Positions 1-13,090 of a DNA stretch of 64,000 nucleotides are shown here, in pieces. How positions within the stretch are numbered: the first letter of the stretch is position 1; each line of letters opens with the position of its first letter. Source of the stretch: Takakia lepidozioides (taxonomy: Eukaryota; Plantae; Bryophyta). The notes beneath the pieces were generated by a model, which saw only the letters and a list, made by a program, of their open reading frames with translations, had not been told where the DNA came from and searched no databases. Made by a program: the position numbers and the translations under genes. The stretch is taken from assembly GCA_030704615.1 (NCBI GenBank), contig CM060732.1, positions 50,096,001 through 50,160,000 on the forward strand. The letters run 5' to 3'.

Positions 1-586
1 GGCTTGCCATGCCATTGGAAACGCCACTGCACTACATGATGGTTAAAAACACCTACACTGGGCATTTGAACTTGGTTTCGAAGCAGCAAAACAAGATGGG
101 ATGCAATGTTTTCTTCATTCTCAGCAACAGACATATCGTGGCGCAATTCAGGGACCTGAGGCACGGCTGGTACTGGCTGCACGTTGTGCTTTCGTGGTCA
201 GAACAGTTTGAGAGGACCATGAAAGGAAGGTGACGATTGGAGGTTGCCTCTCATTACACATACTTCCTGGTCTCATCCATCCGTACCTACATACATCCAT
301 CCTAAATCCTAGAAGTAGACCCAATCCATAAAATAATACTAAATTTCAAATTTGAATTTTGAATTTTGAACATGTACAACCTTGTGTATACATGCATATG
401 TGAGGGCTTCATGCCTATGGTCATCATGTGACTTTCGTGATGGTCATCATGTTACTTTCGTGACCATCATGTATGTGTCATCTGCCATGTATGGATCCAT
501 GTTTTCGACTCACGATGTGTCCCGCGCGCGATGTTGGGTTGTGGTGAGAGGTGTCATGTGCCACAGAGTTCATGTGGTGTGGTGAC

Positions 587-727
587 GGGCGGGCAGGGGG
601 ATGGGGGGCGTGGGGCGGGGGGGGGGGGAAGGGGTGGGGTGGTGCGGGGGCAAGGGGGCGCCGGGGCGCAGCGACCGCGAGCCGCGCAGGAGCCGGCGAA
701 GGGGGTGCGGCTGGGGTGGCGGGGGGT
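587..727 (+). repeat. G-rich low-complexity tract with many G3+ runs (G-quadruplex-capable)
   Basis: More than 10 runs of GGG+ with short loops (gggcgggcagggggatggggggcgtggggcgggggg...). Overlapping ORFs are compositional artefacts. Confidence 0.6.
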
Positions 728-1297
728 GCCACGCAGGCAGGACCAAAGGGGTCGCATTAAACTCCCGGGCCTTTTCTAATGTGCGCCATTAGGAATTGGG
801 CCTCCCAAAGAAAATGGAATATTTTGAAACCCCCCCCCCCCCCCAAATTTGTCACTACAATGGAGCCCACTTGAGAACATACCCGAAAAAACTGAAAATT
901 TCTGAGAATGTGTGTTATCAGGTATGGAACAACATTCTTGAGACTCTTTAAAAAAGAAAAAGAAAACCTGCCCAAATACGAGCAAAAAACTGCTTTTTTT
1001 GGCACCTATTTCTTGGGGAAGAGTTTTTTGGTGGGTCCCCACTCTACACTTATAATCTGGCGGTTGGATGTTGATGAAATTTTTTGTGGTAGGAGTGGGG
1101 TAGGTTGGAAGTAACTCCAATGGTCAGTTTACAGAGAAAGAGAGATTCTCCAGATCAAAAAGTTTTTGTGGGATAGGGTCATGTTTTTCCACGAGTGCTT
1201 GAAAATGAGTTTTTTTTGTTTTTCTCAAATTTTTTTTATAAAGGGAAACACCTGGGAGCGACAGCTCACAAATCAGGCCCCATAATAGTGAGAGGAG

Positions 1298-1440
1298 AAA
1301 ATAACCTCTTTCACAGTAACCGAGAACATGGAGGCTGAGAAATCGGACACCGCCGGGGGAAGGGGGAGAAGAGCATACCCACACCCGTCAAGGTAGCAGG
1401 ATTTGACCCCAGAATCATCTGGGTGGCACTCAGTGCACTA
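1298..1440 (-). mobile_element. tRNA-derived SINE-like repeat, copy 1 (5' truncated)
   Basis: Reverse complement aligns with 5980-6120 (…ccacccagatgattctggggtcaaatcctgctaccttgacgggtgtg…ttcccc…ggttactgtgaaagaggttat). B-box-like ggtcaaatcc present; A-box missing. Confidence 0.65.
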
Positions 1441-1642
1441 GTTTTGACATGTAAGGGTTAAGGGGCCATGAACACAAACAGGGGCAGAGCCCCCAAAGGC
1501 AGATAGAGACAGCTTACAGGGGTTTGAACCCCAGACCCACAGTCGATGCACAGGGTATCTAAGCATTCCACAAGCCTGTTGTACATGTTTCCTTTTTCCC
1601 AAAATATCAAAAGATTATAGATTTATCCTACTTAAACAAGGG

Positions 1643-1714
1643 AGGTCCCGGCGAGATTTGAACTCGCGTTACTGGATTCAGAGTCCAATGTCCTGACCAC
1701 TAGACTACGGGACC
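1643..1714 (-). tRNA. tRNA-Gln (anticodon CTG)
   Basis: Reverse complement GGTCCCGTAGTCTAGTGGTCAGGACATTGGACTCTGAATCCAGTAACGCGAGTTCAAATCTCGCCGGGACCT: 72 nt, 7-bp acceptor stem, anticodon loop CT-CTG-AA, TTCAAAT T-loop, no intron. Confidence 0.97.
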
Positions 1715-2352
1715 AAGCGATGACAATCGCTGTCCTAAAACGGTTAAGTAAAGACAACTACGCGTTGCTCCGCACTAGTGACCACTGACAACCTCTGAGA
1801 ACAACGTTCTTTTTTATTGGAAATATATTTCATTCGAAAAAAATAGGAACAATGTAGCTTTGTGGAGAAAAAAGGGGTACTGAATCAACCCACTCTTAAT
1901 CCTCCCACATTGCCTGCGGCAGTTAAAAGGTGTTTACCTTCCAAAGGAAAGGCAGTAGCAATTGAGGGTGATGTGTTGGTGACCCCAATCAAACAATCTA
2001 CATTTTCTCGCTCACAATGAATAGAAATCTGGCTTTGGGAGGCTTGCAGGCAAAAAATTCCAGCCAAGCATGAGACACCACTTGTATCTCACTTTTAGGT
2101 TTGTCATCTCATGTTGAACTTGAGGCTTCCATGCCGAATCTCAGTTGAAGTGATGCCATGACAAGCTACTTACCACAAACTGTGGGGAAGTGATTACAAA
2201 CTAGTGACAATTGCAACAAATCTCACCAATGGTGTATCCTGTTTGGAAATCAGGCAGGGTTCACAGTCCCACCATTTTTTATTTGCTAACCTCATATCAT
2301 ACATGCACTACTGTCGTACAGTGGTGGAAGAATACACAAAAGAATTCCACTT

Positions 2353-4229
2353 TCAAAAGCCTTTTAGGCTTATTCTTGTATGCAAGCTACACATTGGGGG
2401 CTCTCTCTGCAACGAATCTGGTACAGGGGGTGGGACAGCATAGACATCATCTGTGCCAGAGGTTGGCAGCAAGCTTCCATCAAAAATCTCCATTCGAGCG
2501 CGCTCTCCTTGTGTCTGATTAAGTCGTAGAGAGGTCAGCGCTGCAATGTAGAATGCAACTCCTAAAAATGTTGAGGCTAGTGCAAACACACCCGCTGCAG
2601 CAAACTGCCCTTGCCCCACCACCAGACAGTGTGAATGCAGGCCTTTGTGGTCCAGGATATGGCTAGCTTCCACACTTATGCCAATGAGAAGTAGCACTGC
2701 TGTAACTGCAAAGCTTACCCTGCCACCCCCACATCCCCAAGTTCACAGAGAAGCTTTAAATAAGGTTGGTATACACATCATCCAAGAAACTATAAGGTTT
2801 CTGACACTCCTCCTGTAGGCCCCAACTTGATCACAGATGTGACGTTGCATGTCGCCATGAGTCTAGAGGAGCGCAGGGAGAGAGGGAGGGAGAGAAACAA
2901 AGAAAGGGCCTTTTAGATGTACATGACGCCCCTGAGAAACAGAAAAGAAGAAGACAAAATGTAGTACACCCACCATCTCACACTATGATGACATTCTCCT
3001 CAATGGAAAAACGAGAGAACCTGAAACCTGGGACAAATTACACAAGGATGGATCGATGAGAGTACCATGACAAAATAAAGAAAGTCGCCGCCTGCCAGCG
3101 TAACGATTCTGGTGAGATGGAGCTGGAAATCCAGGCCATGGAAGAGTGTGCGAACGAATGCGATGCTGGATTACAAAGTTCCAAGCCCATGAAGGCTTGC
3201 CCCACGGCCAGGGCTATTACTACAGCTAGCAATCCCCCGGCAGCATACCCCAGGGTGGCAGTGCCGTCACTAGTGTACTGACACTGGGGGATCTGTACAT
3301 GTTTGGCTGAGACTAATTCTGGCACATACTCCCATATCACCTGCACGACAATAGCAAATTTGGGAGGTGTTAGTCAAACATTGGAGCTTCTGAATTGTGG
3401 TCTTTGGTTGTGATTCTGGAAATGGATTCAGCATTGGATTCAATTGGACACTTACAAGTAACCAAGTGAGAGAGTTACTTTCCCCTGTTTGACTACCGGT
3501 ACTTGCGGTAAAATACCTGACCTAATAAAATGTTGCCTCTACAGAAGGCAGAGGATTGGAACCGCAATACACAAGCATGCGAACGAAATAATGTGAGCCT
3601 GAGAAATGAGTTAGTCACAGGCAACAGGTGAACCTTCATTTGCAATCAAGCACAGCTATCGCACCATCCTTGCGGACAAGCTGAAATTTGGAAAATGTCC
3701 CCTCAGACAGTCCAGCCTTACAGTCTTACCTAAACTGACAGGTTATGATGAGGCATATCTATTGTCAACTCACAGATTATTTTTTCTGTTAAATTAGTTG
3801 ATAGCATTTCCTACCAAGACAATTGGATAACAATGTCATGCACCCAGAAAGAAAGCAGCTTTATAGAACACCACAAAATACGTTTCAAACATCCGCGGGA
3901 AGCCAAGAACTAAGAACATCCATACGACGCCCAGACCACACATGGGACAAAGATAGTCTCGTCTCGGAAATGAGAGTGCTTCACGAAGGTTAGCTACAGA
4001 GAAAAAGAGACAGGATTCACAGCAAGCACAAACCTGCACAGAAGCACAGACTGTCCAGGAGGGTTTGTGTTCATACCTCTGATCTGGTGGTTTCAGCAAT
4101 GAGGCACAAAACGAAGGAGGTGATGCCCATGAAGATACAGAACATGATGATACTTGTGCCCAGCCTGCCCCTCAGGCATCTCTGCCTGGGCTTCATTTCC
4201 ACATCTGCATGAGTAACTGCCACCGCCAT
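2353..4229 (-). CDS. DUF1218 family membrane protein; exons 4229-4077, 3340-3066, 2719-2353
   Basis: N-terminus MAVAVTHAD…FVLCLIAETTRSE, C-x-Y motif (CQYTSDG), CLVVGQGQFAAAGVFAL and hydrophobic helices. GT-AG junctions keep phase (0, 2). Confidence 0.85.
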
Positions 4230-5955
4230 AGCTCCCTTCTCTGCACCCCTTGTCCTTCTTGGTTCACCTCTCAGTCTGCAGGCAAAATTTGCACCACCTG
4301 TGAGGACACTTTTGGCCAACCCCAGCAGAACTAGAGAATCAGAAATAGTTGTCAACATACTGGAAGCACCTGCCAATAACGCCCACAATGCAGCAACCCG
4401 TGCAGGGAAGCTGATGATAAGATTACTCAGCAAACGTCCCCGGACCCTTTTCCTATTGGAGTCCTTCCTCCATGAGCCCCAAAAGCCAACTTTCTATATC
4501 GCAACCACCCGAAAGGTACATCCATATCTCCCCACCGCATGTGCAAGTTCGTCGCGCAAATATTTGATCTTCAATAGACAACCGCACCCAGTACTGAGTC
4601 TTAGGAGCTTACAAGGTATGGGTGTCTGTCTTCACCAGTTGAACCTTCTGATCGTTAGATCACCACGCGACTTTCAGCTGCTCCTGGGCACGAACACCAT
4701 TCACACAAATCACGATAAAATCGTGGGGTTGACAATAGGGCTTGTCTGAAACCCGCTGGAAGTGTGGGGATTCCGGGGGGATCTTGTCGAGGGGACGGAA
4801 AATACAAGTATGGAAGGAAGAATGCGACGCAAACACCCATTCCAGCTAAGACTTGAGCTACTGATCAGGCAAGAACTAGCCGAGATTGCATACTTACAAT
4901 TGGACCGATCAATTTCGAACGCATTGTGTAAATTACACCAACAGCGGCCATGCACAGATCTACTGAGAGAGAGAGAATGTCGTTCGGAAAGTGAAATTTA
5001 TGGAAACGTAGATGCCAAACTAGACGAATGCGTGTGCTTGCCACCGAGATGCTGAAAGGACTTTTGAATACAGAGCTGCCCAAAGGCGACTGGGCTACAA
5101 TTTGATGAGTTTTACAAGGAGAGAGGATGAGAGAGGCAGAGACTGCTGATGCTATCGACTGCTTGACACTGCAACATGAAAGAGTTGAGAGCATAGCAAA
5201 TAGGGGATTCAATCGATCGACGCATGAGACAACTTGAGATTAGGACAGAGATTTGGGAACTGAGAGAGTGAAGATGCTAAAATAGAGGGAAAGAGTCAAA
5301 ATGGGAGGGCTATTTGGAGTAGGGGAGAATGGCTTTAGCTGATGGGACATCAATATTTTGGAGGCCTACATGATAGAAATTGTGGATTCTCCGAATGATC
5401 GTGCAATCAGGAAGCCATGAATGAACAGTTAGTGTGCGCAGACAGAACACCAATTGAGAGCTGGGAGGGGAGAACGATGACACGTTGGGCTCGACGCGGA
5501 CCTTCCCTCTCTCCCACGATTATGTGCCCATCTCCCCGCTCCACCCACCTTACCGCCTCGTGCCGGTTTCCGGGTGAAAAACTGAAAGTAACTTGAAATA
5601 CATTGAAAACTGCATCCACGACACTAGGGCTTCATCCACATTCAACGACTGTCGTCCGTATTGTGGCTTTCGTCCATGAGGATGGCGAACGGCTGCATTC
5701 ATCCAATCTAGGAGGATCATTTGGCTCCTACTCAGCACCAGAGCGATAGCGGATGCGACGCGTGGCTGGTGATGACAAGTCAGATTTGTTAGGGGCTAGA
5801 AATCTCCACGTGGCATTATGGGTCCATTGTGACAATAACTTAACTTTAAGCTTAAGTTTACTTTAATCTTGACTGACTTAACTTAACTTAACTTTAAAAC
5901 TTTGTTTTATTTGAACCCCAAATCCGAAAATGAGACGGAATTAAAAAACCGCCAC

Positions 5956-6120
5956 CAGTCTGTAGCTCAGTTGCATACAGCACTTAGTACCACCCAGGTG
6001 ATTCTGGGTTCAAATCCTGCTACCTTGTCGGGTGTGTTGTGATCGTCTTCCCCTTCCCTTGGGCGATGTCCTTTGAGCCTTGAGCTACCTCATGGCTAGG
6101 TTACTTTGAAAGAGATTATT
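5956..6120 (+). mobile_element. tRNA-derived SINE-like repeat, copy 2
   Basis: Pol III A-box-like tagctcagttgc (5963) and B-box gggttcaaatcc (~6006), followed by a non-tRNA body shared with copies 1 and 3. Confidence 0.7.
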
Positions 6121-6425
6121 GTCAGTGTTGTACTGGTATATAGGGTATGGTCCAAGGCAAGAACAGACCGAGCAAAGCAAACAAGTAGTGCTAATTTATA
6201 TCAAGCATTCCTCCACATTTAATGTTCATAAGGAAACAAGTAAGTGCAAGAGGAAGGGAAGGGAGGGAGAGAGTTGCTAACAAACAACTTGCGTGAATGC
6301 ACTTCACTGTCTGTTGATCAGTGTCATGCAGGGTGGATACCCTGCAAACAGCACACAATCCAACGCAAGTATGTACATGTGGGTGCTAATGCAAGTTGAG
6401 GAAAAACCACTAGTAGGGGCACTGC

Positions 6426-9400
6426 TCAACTGGGCTGGTCATAATTTTTTTCCAGTTTGAAGGGGATGTCCATGTCCGTTATGTTCCAGCCTTGCAGAAG
6501 CAGCTTTGGTTCAGTATCAGCATCCAGCTGAAATGATACTCGCACACTGATGGTTTCCCCAGGTGCCAGTGAGAAGAAGTTGTCTGAATATGTGACTGGC
6601 AGAATGCGCTTATCTTGGGATAGTGTATTCGAGGCCAGTACTGTAAAATGCAGCCAGAAGGCGACCCCCAAACCTGCTGCAGCCCTTTTGGATTCAGTTA
6701 CCCCTACACTTTGCACAAGATTCTCAATTCTGATACTGATATCACACACTTTGCCAGTAAGGGATGCTTTTGCATGTGTTTTGACGGGCACTCTCTTTCT
6801 CTGGAATTCCCCCTCCAGACGGGAATAGCTCCCACCTGGCAAATGCAGCCAGTAGAAGTTTCGGGAGACCTGGTCCCCCAAGGAGTCCAAGAGCTTGAGC
6901 AAAACAAAGTAGAGGTGCTGGGCATTCTCCAACTTGTGGTAACCAACCTCACCAACAGAAACTGTCTTATATGGTGGGGCCACCTTTTGTTTGAATGTGG
7001 TGTGATATGGGCAGCTGCCATCCAAGTCATATACAGTGGCCTCCACTGTGAGGTTTGAGAGGACATTCTTTGTAGTATTGATTATCTGTCAGCATCAAAT
7101 CACAGAATTATACATAGACACTTGGCTGGGTGGCATACCCCCTCACAGTGGGTGTCCTGCATGATCTTGACCTCCATACCCAGAAACATGTGTATAACTT
7201 TCTAGAAAATTGTGGATAACTTGGGACTCAAAATTCACCTTACAAACCCAGATCGTATTGGAAAGGAAACGCAAGGAGCTGACCTCAACAGAATACGTGA
7301 CAAGATTGAGTTGAACATGAATGGGCTCTGCTGCACAGCGTACACCAAAAAAAGCTCCTGTCTGATCCAAAAGGTGGTCATACATCTGGCCCCGAAGGCC
7401 CGGCCATGGGTTCTGCGTCTTCCAGATAAGTAAGCCTGTGTAGTGTGTCCACATGCGTGAATTCCAGCTTTCTATGAGGGCCCTATATTGAGTATAGTTC
7501 ACCAGCTGTGCCTGTCAATGCATAAATGTGCAGCATCAATAAACCTTCTCATATGGTCAATAACTAACTGTACATTAGTCCTATGAAGCCACTAACCTAC
7601 CAGATTCCTTCTTCTCTTTCACATCACATAAAAAGACTATTTTACTTGCTCAACACAGAAGTGATACAACACCAGTAGCTTAATGGAAAAAATTCAAGTA
7701 CAAAAGCTAGAGCAACTGGACCAACCTTCTCACAGAAATCATCCAGATTTACCGGCTTGCCATAAGACGCAATCTGGTGGGGGAGTAAATTCGCAGGATC
7801 TGAGTAAGAAATATACTTGTGATAGTCCCAGGTAGCATTCGGGACCTCAGTTACATAACCACCTTCACCCTCCACCAGCTGAGGAGGGTCCCATGCATCT
7901 GGTTGCATAGTCGCTCGAATGGTTGCTGCCACTGGCACACCAACGGACCCAATTTCAGGGTTGAAGGCATATGTGTAGTAACCGTCCTGGAAGAAGTTTT
8001 CAGGGTTTTGAATCCCATAGGGTCCATCTGTGAACGCCCCATTCCCTGCAGCAAATCCACTCCACAGAGATCCTGGGATGTACACCCTAGTCCCATCCAG
8101 ATCATGACTTGGGTTACGTTCACTAGGCATGATGGTGGTGTCAAGGTCTGCGCCAGAAAGTGCCCCAGAGACTTGGAAAGAGGGGTTGAGCTGAAGCTCA
8201 GATGTCAGTGCACTATTTATATCTGCAGCTGGGTACTGTTCGTTTCCCCCCACCCAGAGGGCTAAGCTAGCATAATTGCGGAGTAGCTTCACAGTGTCTC
8301 GTGCACATGTGAGAAATAGGTTATGGTCTAAAGGCCAATTAGGGTCTGATGGTGCAACGCCTCTTCCATCACAATCACCTGTTATCCAGAACTCCTGCCA
8401 GACCTGTACAAAAGCTGCGAGGTAAGTTAATGGGTGTAAGCTCTCTCAATTGCACTGTGAGCTGCCTGTCAAAATAAAGCTTGTTCTATCTGACATTTGT
8501 GGAAAGTGACTCGCTCACCTTAGTAAAAGCTTGCATTCATAGACAGGCAGCAAGCACCTGTCTCATCAGATAATCCCATGGCCCCTTAGGTCCGTCAGGT
8601 TGGCAGCAGTGCAGTGGGAGACGTAGAGAGTTTTCTAATAAGACAGCCATGTATATTTTTATATCCACATGAGAGTCTATCTACTTGCAGATTTTGAGAC
8701 CTAAGACATCTCTGTTTTCATTCAGAGGTTTAGAGAGGTTCAAGACTCACCAGAATGCCTCGTTTGTCACAAGCCCTGTAGAATTCGGGCCGCTCTGCCA
8801 AGCCTCCACCCCACACACGCATCATATTCAAATTCATGTCTGCATGGAACCCAACATCGGTATTGTAACGGTCCTCAGAAAGGCGCAACAAGCCATCTGA
8901 GACAATCCAGTTTCCCCCACGTATGAACACTGGCTCCCCATTTACCTGAAACTTTCTGCCAGCCCTTTTGCAAATTAGTACCAAGCGCACACACTGCTCG
9001 CTCGCTTTGCCTCAAACTAAACTGGTACTTAAGGGGGGGCTTCTGAGCCCCTCCAGGAGATTGTGTAAGAGGGCATATCGTCTACGAAGGAGAGGAAGAG
9101 ATGCATATGGTAGGCATTGGGACTGTCAAGTATTTCATACATCTTTCATTGAACAAAGTAGAGAGAATGAGGGTATCAGGGAAGAGGGGAGCACCTGCCT
9201 CCCGTGAGAGGGTCAATGGAGGTGTGAATGTGTCGAAAACCAAAGGGATGAGTCCATGAATCAGACTCGCCATGCCCATCAGTGTCCACCACAATGTCCA
9301 CTTTATAGAGTGGTTGCTCCCCCATCTGATTGGGCCACCATAACTTCGGCTTGTAGAAAAAGAGCTGCCACAGGCAAAGTGTTACATGAATAGTCTGCTG

Positions 9401-12400
9401 CAACATACTAGAGCTGATGTGGACGTCATGATGAAGAGCATAGCATTCAGGCCTAAACCAAGCGGTAACAGTGGAGAATCTCTGCAGTCATCTAACAGCT
9501 TCTCTCCTAGTCTACTTGTCTGCTCAATCCTTCCCTTTCGTCTTGGATGCTGGCGCATAGACACATTATGTATCATCTCTGCTTTATTGCATTTGTGCAC
9601 TTCAAAGAAAGACATCTTATGACAACTTTAAGTTGGAACATGGGTGAGAAAGAGAGATGTACTCATAATATTTGCTGGCAAGCCATTTTGATCAATCAAG
9701 AGAGGAGGGAGGGAAGGGGAGGATAGCAGTAGGGGAGCCCAGTGCCCTTGCTGAAGGCTGTGTCAACCGATGAGAGAAAGAAAGAAGAAAGACAGGAAAT
9801 CTATAACAACCAGAGCAAGGGAACATGTATATCAACGTGAAAGCCTTAAACTCTGAACTCACATTTGAGAGGTAACCAAAGATTAAAAGATTACTGCACA
9901 GGAATACAAAGAATATGGAAAAAAGAAGGTATATCAAAAAAATCAAAGCCTAACAGCTGCTTGATGACAGAGCACCTGTGAAAATAAGATACCAAGCACT
10001 TCTGTTCTTCACAACAAAATGCCTCTCCAAAGACGAGCAGCGTGTCAAAAGAGTGATATCTCCCTCGAATCTCTGGCTACACTTAGGGATCTCTGGAACA
10101 TACAAGTGCAATAGATGGCATATTTCAGGGTTTGTCTCCACTTCTTTTATTTCCTCCTGGGAAAAGCTGCTGTTTAGGGTCCATGTCTGAAGAGAAAATG
10201 CAGCTAGCCTTCTGAAACAGTACTTTTAGTGAGTCTGTGTCGGCTAATCCCGTGAGATGTGAGGCACTCTTGCTGGTAATGAACATCTGGTAGTAATTTA
10301 GCCTCTGCAAGGTGATACTAATCCAGTATAAGGCTTGAAGCCCGGTGCGGCACCCAAATGCTCCCCAGCAAATGTAATGAGTGGTGTACTATCCCTACTT
10401 TTGCACAAAAGCAGATCTGCAATGGCTCCATACTCCACATTGAGAAAGAGAGACAGAAGAAACTTCATAAGGTTCATGGGGTCCCCTGAGGATCCACGGA
10501 CAAAGTACAGAGAGAGGGAGCTTTTCCAGGTAATGGTCACAAAATTGGTCAACAGAATAGAAAAGTAGCTTACAGGGCGAAAGGAGTGAAGAATGGTGGT
10601 GCTGCCTTCTATGAGCACATCTTCTATAACGACATGGTCAACTATGCAAAGGTCCCCTTCCACATCAAGGGAAACCTGCAGTGTGATGGTGCAAGATGCT
10701 GATGCAGAACTGGTGTTGATGAGCTCTAGGCTGGCATCCAGGTAGATCCTCGTGTACTCATCGTAGAATGTTGCCACCAAATGCGGATCAGATATTTTGA
10801 CTGGCTGTGCAACTCATTGAACAAAAGTGCATGAGATACATTTTTATCTCAATTCACGTAATATAGTTGCTTCAAACCTACAACTAATTCAAGCAGAATT
10901 GGACTTCACAGTGACACCCAATGGGAAACTTACAGAGGACAAGGCCACTGGCCAAATCCCACCACATTAGATTTGGCTTAGAGTAGGGTAACCAATTTCG
11001 AAGACAAACCAACTCAAAATCCAAATTAAGAGCATACCCCTGTGAAAGAGATCGTGACCTCATCCCAGATGCCTGTGTTCCGGTCCCTGCATGACTTTCA
11101 GAAACCAAAATGGTCATGAGAACTCATCATCTCAAAGACTTCCACATCAAAAAGATAGAGACGGATTAACTAGTCATTGAGAGAGCAATAATGTCCTACA
11201 ACTTAAACGCTGTCTTAAAGGACAATAAATGCGCAAACAGGTGTCCACGGGATTCTTGAGGGACAAATTGGTGCGAAGGGCATACATTTGCCCTCAGAAA
11301 CTTTTTCCAAACCAATGACAAAACAGATGAAAGCACGTTTTCGGAGAAGAAAGAGGGAACTTAATAAGATCATAAGAAGAGTTGAAGTGCTACCGGATAG
11401 GACAAATCCAATCCCAACCCTCCACATACTGTGCTGCAACATCCTTTGCAATCTGGAGGATTTCACATCAAGGTAGAAATCACACGAGAATAATGTTTAT
11501 GATAACAGTAAGACCATATTTCAGCTTGACCTTCCCTTGAGAACTTCTTAGTAGCAAAGATGATACTTCTGTCACTTGAGCAAAAACCCTCAAATGTAAG
11601 GTACATAATCGCAAGCACGCTCAATACATCCAAACCCACTGACACTCTTATTCCAACCTTTAAGCTTCCTAACTAAAAAAACACCAGCATTTGGTACCAA
11701 AACCCATAAAACCTTGACATCTCTGTTGCAGAGTGTGTCAAGATGGAAGTCTCGGTAAGTTTGGGAAAATCAACCATCTGAAAGCTCAAGAGCATTTGCA
11801 AGGAATGGCATGCATATGGTACTGGGCTGTTCATAGATCAGGCAAACAGTCTTAGAATTTGGTAGGAAAAAGCTAGAAGAGCTGAAAAGTGTACAAATAT
11901 GTCACTCACATCATGGTCCCCGCCTTGGCCGCCTTCTGGCGGGATCCTCCCTGGATGATCTGGAGGATGCACCAATACTGCCAGGAAGTTAAGTCCGTCT
12001 TGGTTCAGCCAATGAGTGATGTCCAATGTGTGCCGCAGAAACATACCTCCAGGCAGTACCTTGCTGTGCCCATTCACAAACACCTCTGCTGAATAGTTGA
12101 TGGCTCTGAACGTCAGCCATGCCTTCCCCTTTCCAGACTGAATCACAAATGTACATTCAAAAATCACTAGGCTTGCAAAAAACAATACTCCCACATCAAG
12201 CATCACTTTCCATCTCTCTGAGAAAAGGGGGTATGGATCATACAACCAATACCTCACATCCTGAATGGATGACATCACTGGTCCAAAAGGGGACACATTC
12301 ATGGCATGATTGTTCTGTAGTATGACTCCTGTTATCTGAGAAATCTGAAACAAGCACTCTACACAAAAAGTGAATTAGCAGTGTCAGAGAAGTGTGGGAA

Positions 12401-13090
12401 ATATTTGACCATGTTGGAAGATTTCAAATGGAGCCTGTCGGTATTTGAGTGAGAATAGATATATATGTACCACGATGGGTAGATTGACTCTGTTGCAGAA
12501 CCAGAAGGTGTAATATTCACGCCCAGCATCTGCAATATCGGGAATCTTCTCATTGTTGAGGCCATAAAATGGATCCTCTATCGCATTGTTCTTCAGCAAC
12601 GTGGTCAAGACTCTGCAAAATCATACAAATCTAAGTGTTTTGGAGATTTATGAGAAGCGATGCTCGAGAATGTCATAGATTCGAGTCACAGCGGTGCCTT
12701 TGAATCAGCTGACGCCTACTGCTAGTACACATCCAGGAGAGGGAAAAGTCTTTTGAGGGTTCACTGCCGTGATCTCTCCTGAGACTGAGGCCCTTATCTT
12801 CAATGGAAAATCTAATAAGTTACATGAATTTCACTCACAGCAAACTGGACGACTGTTGTTATAATCTACCCATTGTTCACTAACTTATACACTCCGGAAT
12901 TTACGATTTCGATGATGACACAAAGGATTCGTGTTGAAGGTGAAAGGGAAAACAGAACATACGTGCCAGGCACAACTGCCTCCATCCATCCCTTGCTCTT
13001 TGCAGAGGGCACATGCGAGGTCGTGAGCTCTTGGCCTGTCTGTGCCACATCGGATTCCCTCGCCGCCACCCATCCAACATTCAACTTCAT
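6426..13090 (-). CDS. EBM: Mannosylglycoprotein endo-beta-mannosidase (glycoside hydrolase family 2), multi-exon
   Basis: Exons encode GWVAAR…[18 protein letters not shown]…[27 protein letters not shown]…[40 protein letters not shown] (acid/base Glu), FNPEIGS (nucleophile), [13 protein letters not shown] and YSDNFFSL. The start codon is tentative. Confidence 0.93.

Noticed and set aside
478-792. Pro-rich and Gly-rich ORFs on both strands
   Set aside because: Artefacts of the G-rich tract.
5956-6030. Second functional tRNA gene
   Set aside because: No proper acceptor stem or anticodon arm, and it continues into a body shared with other dispersed copies.
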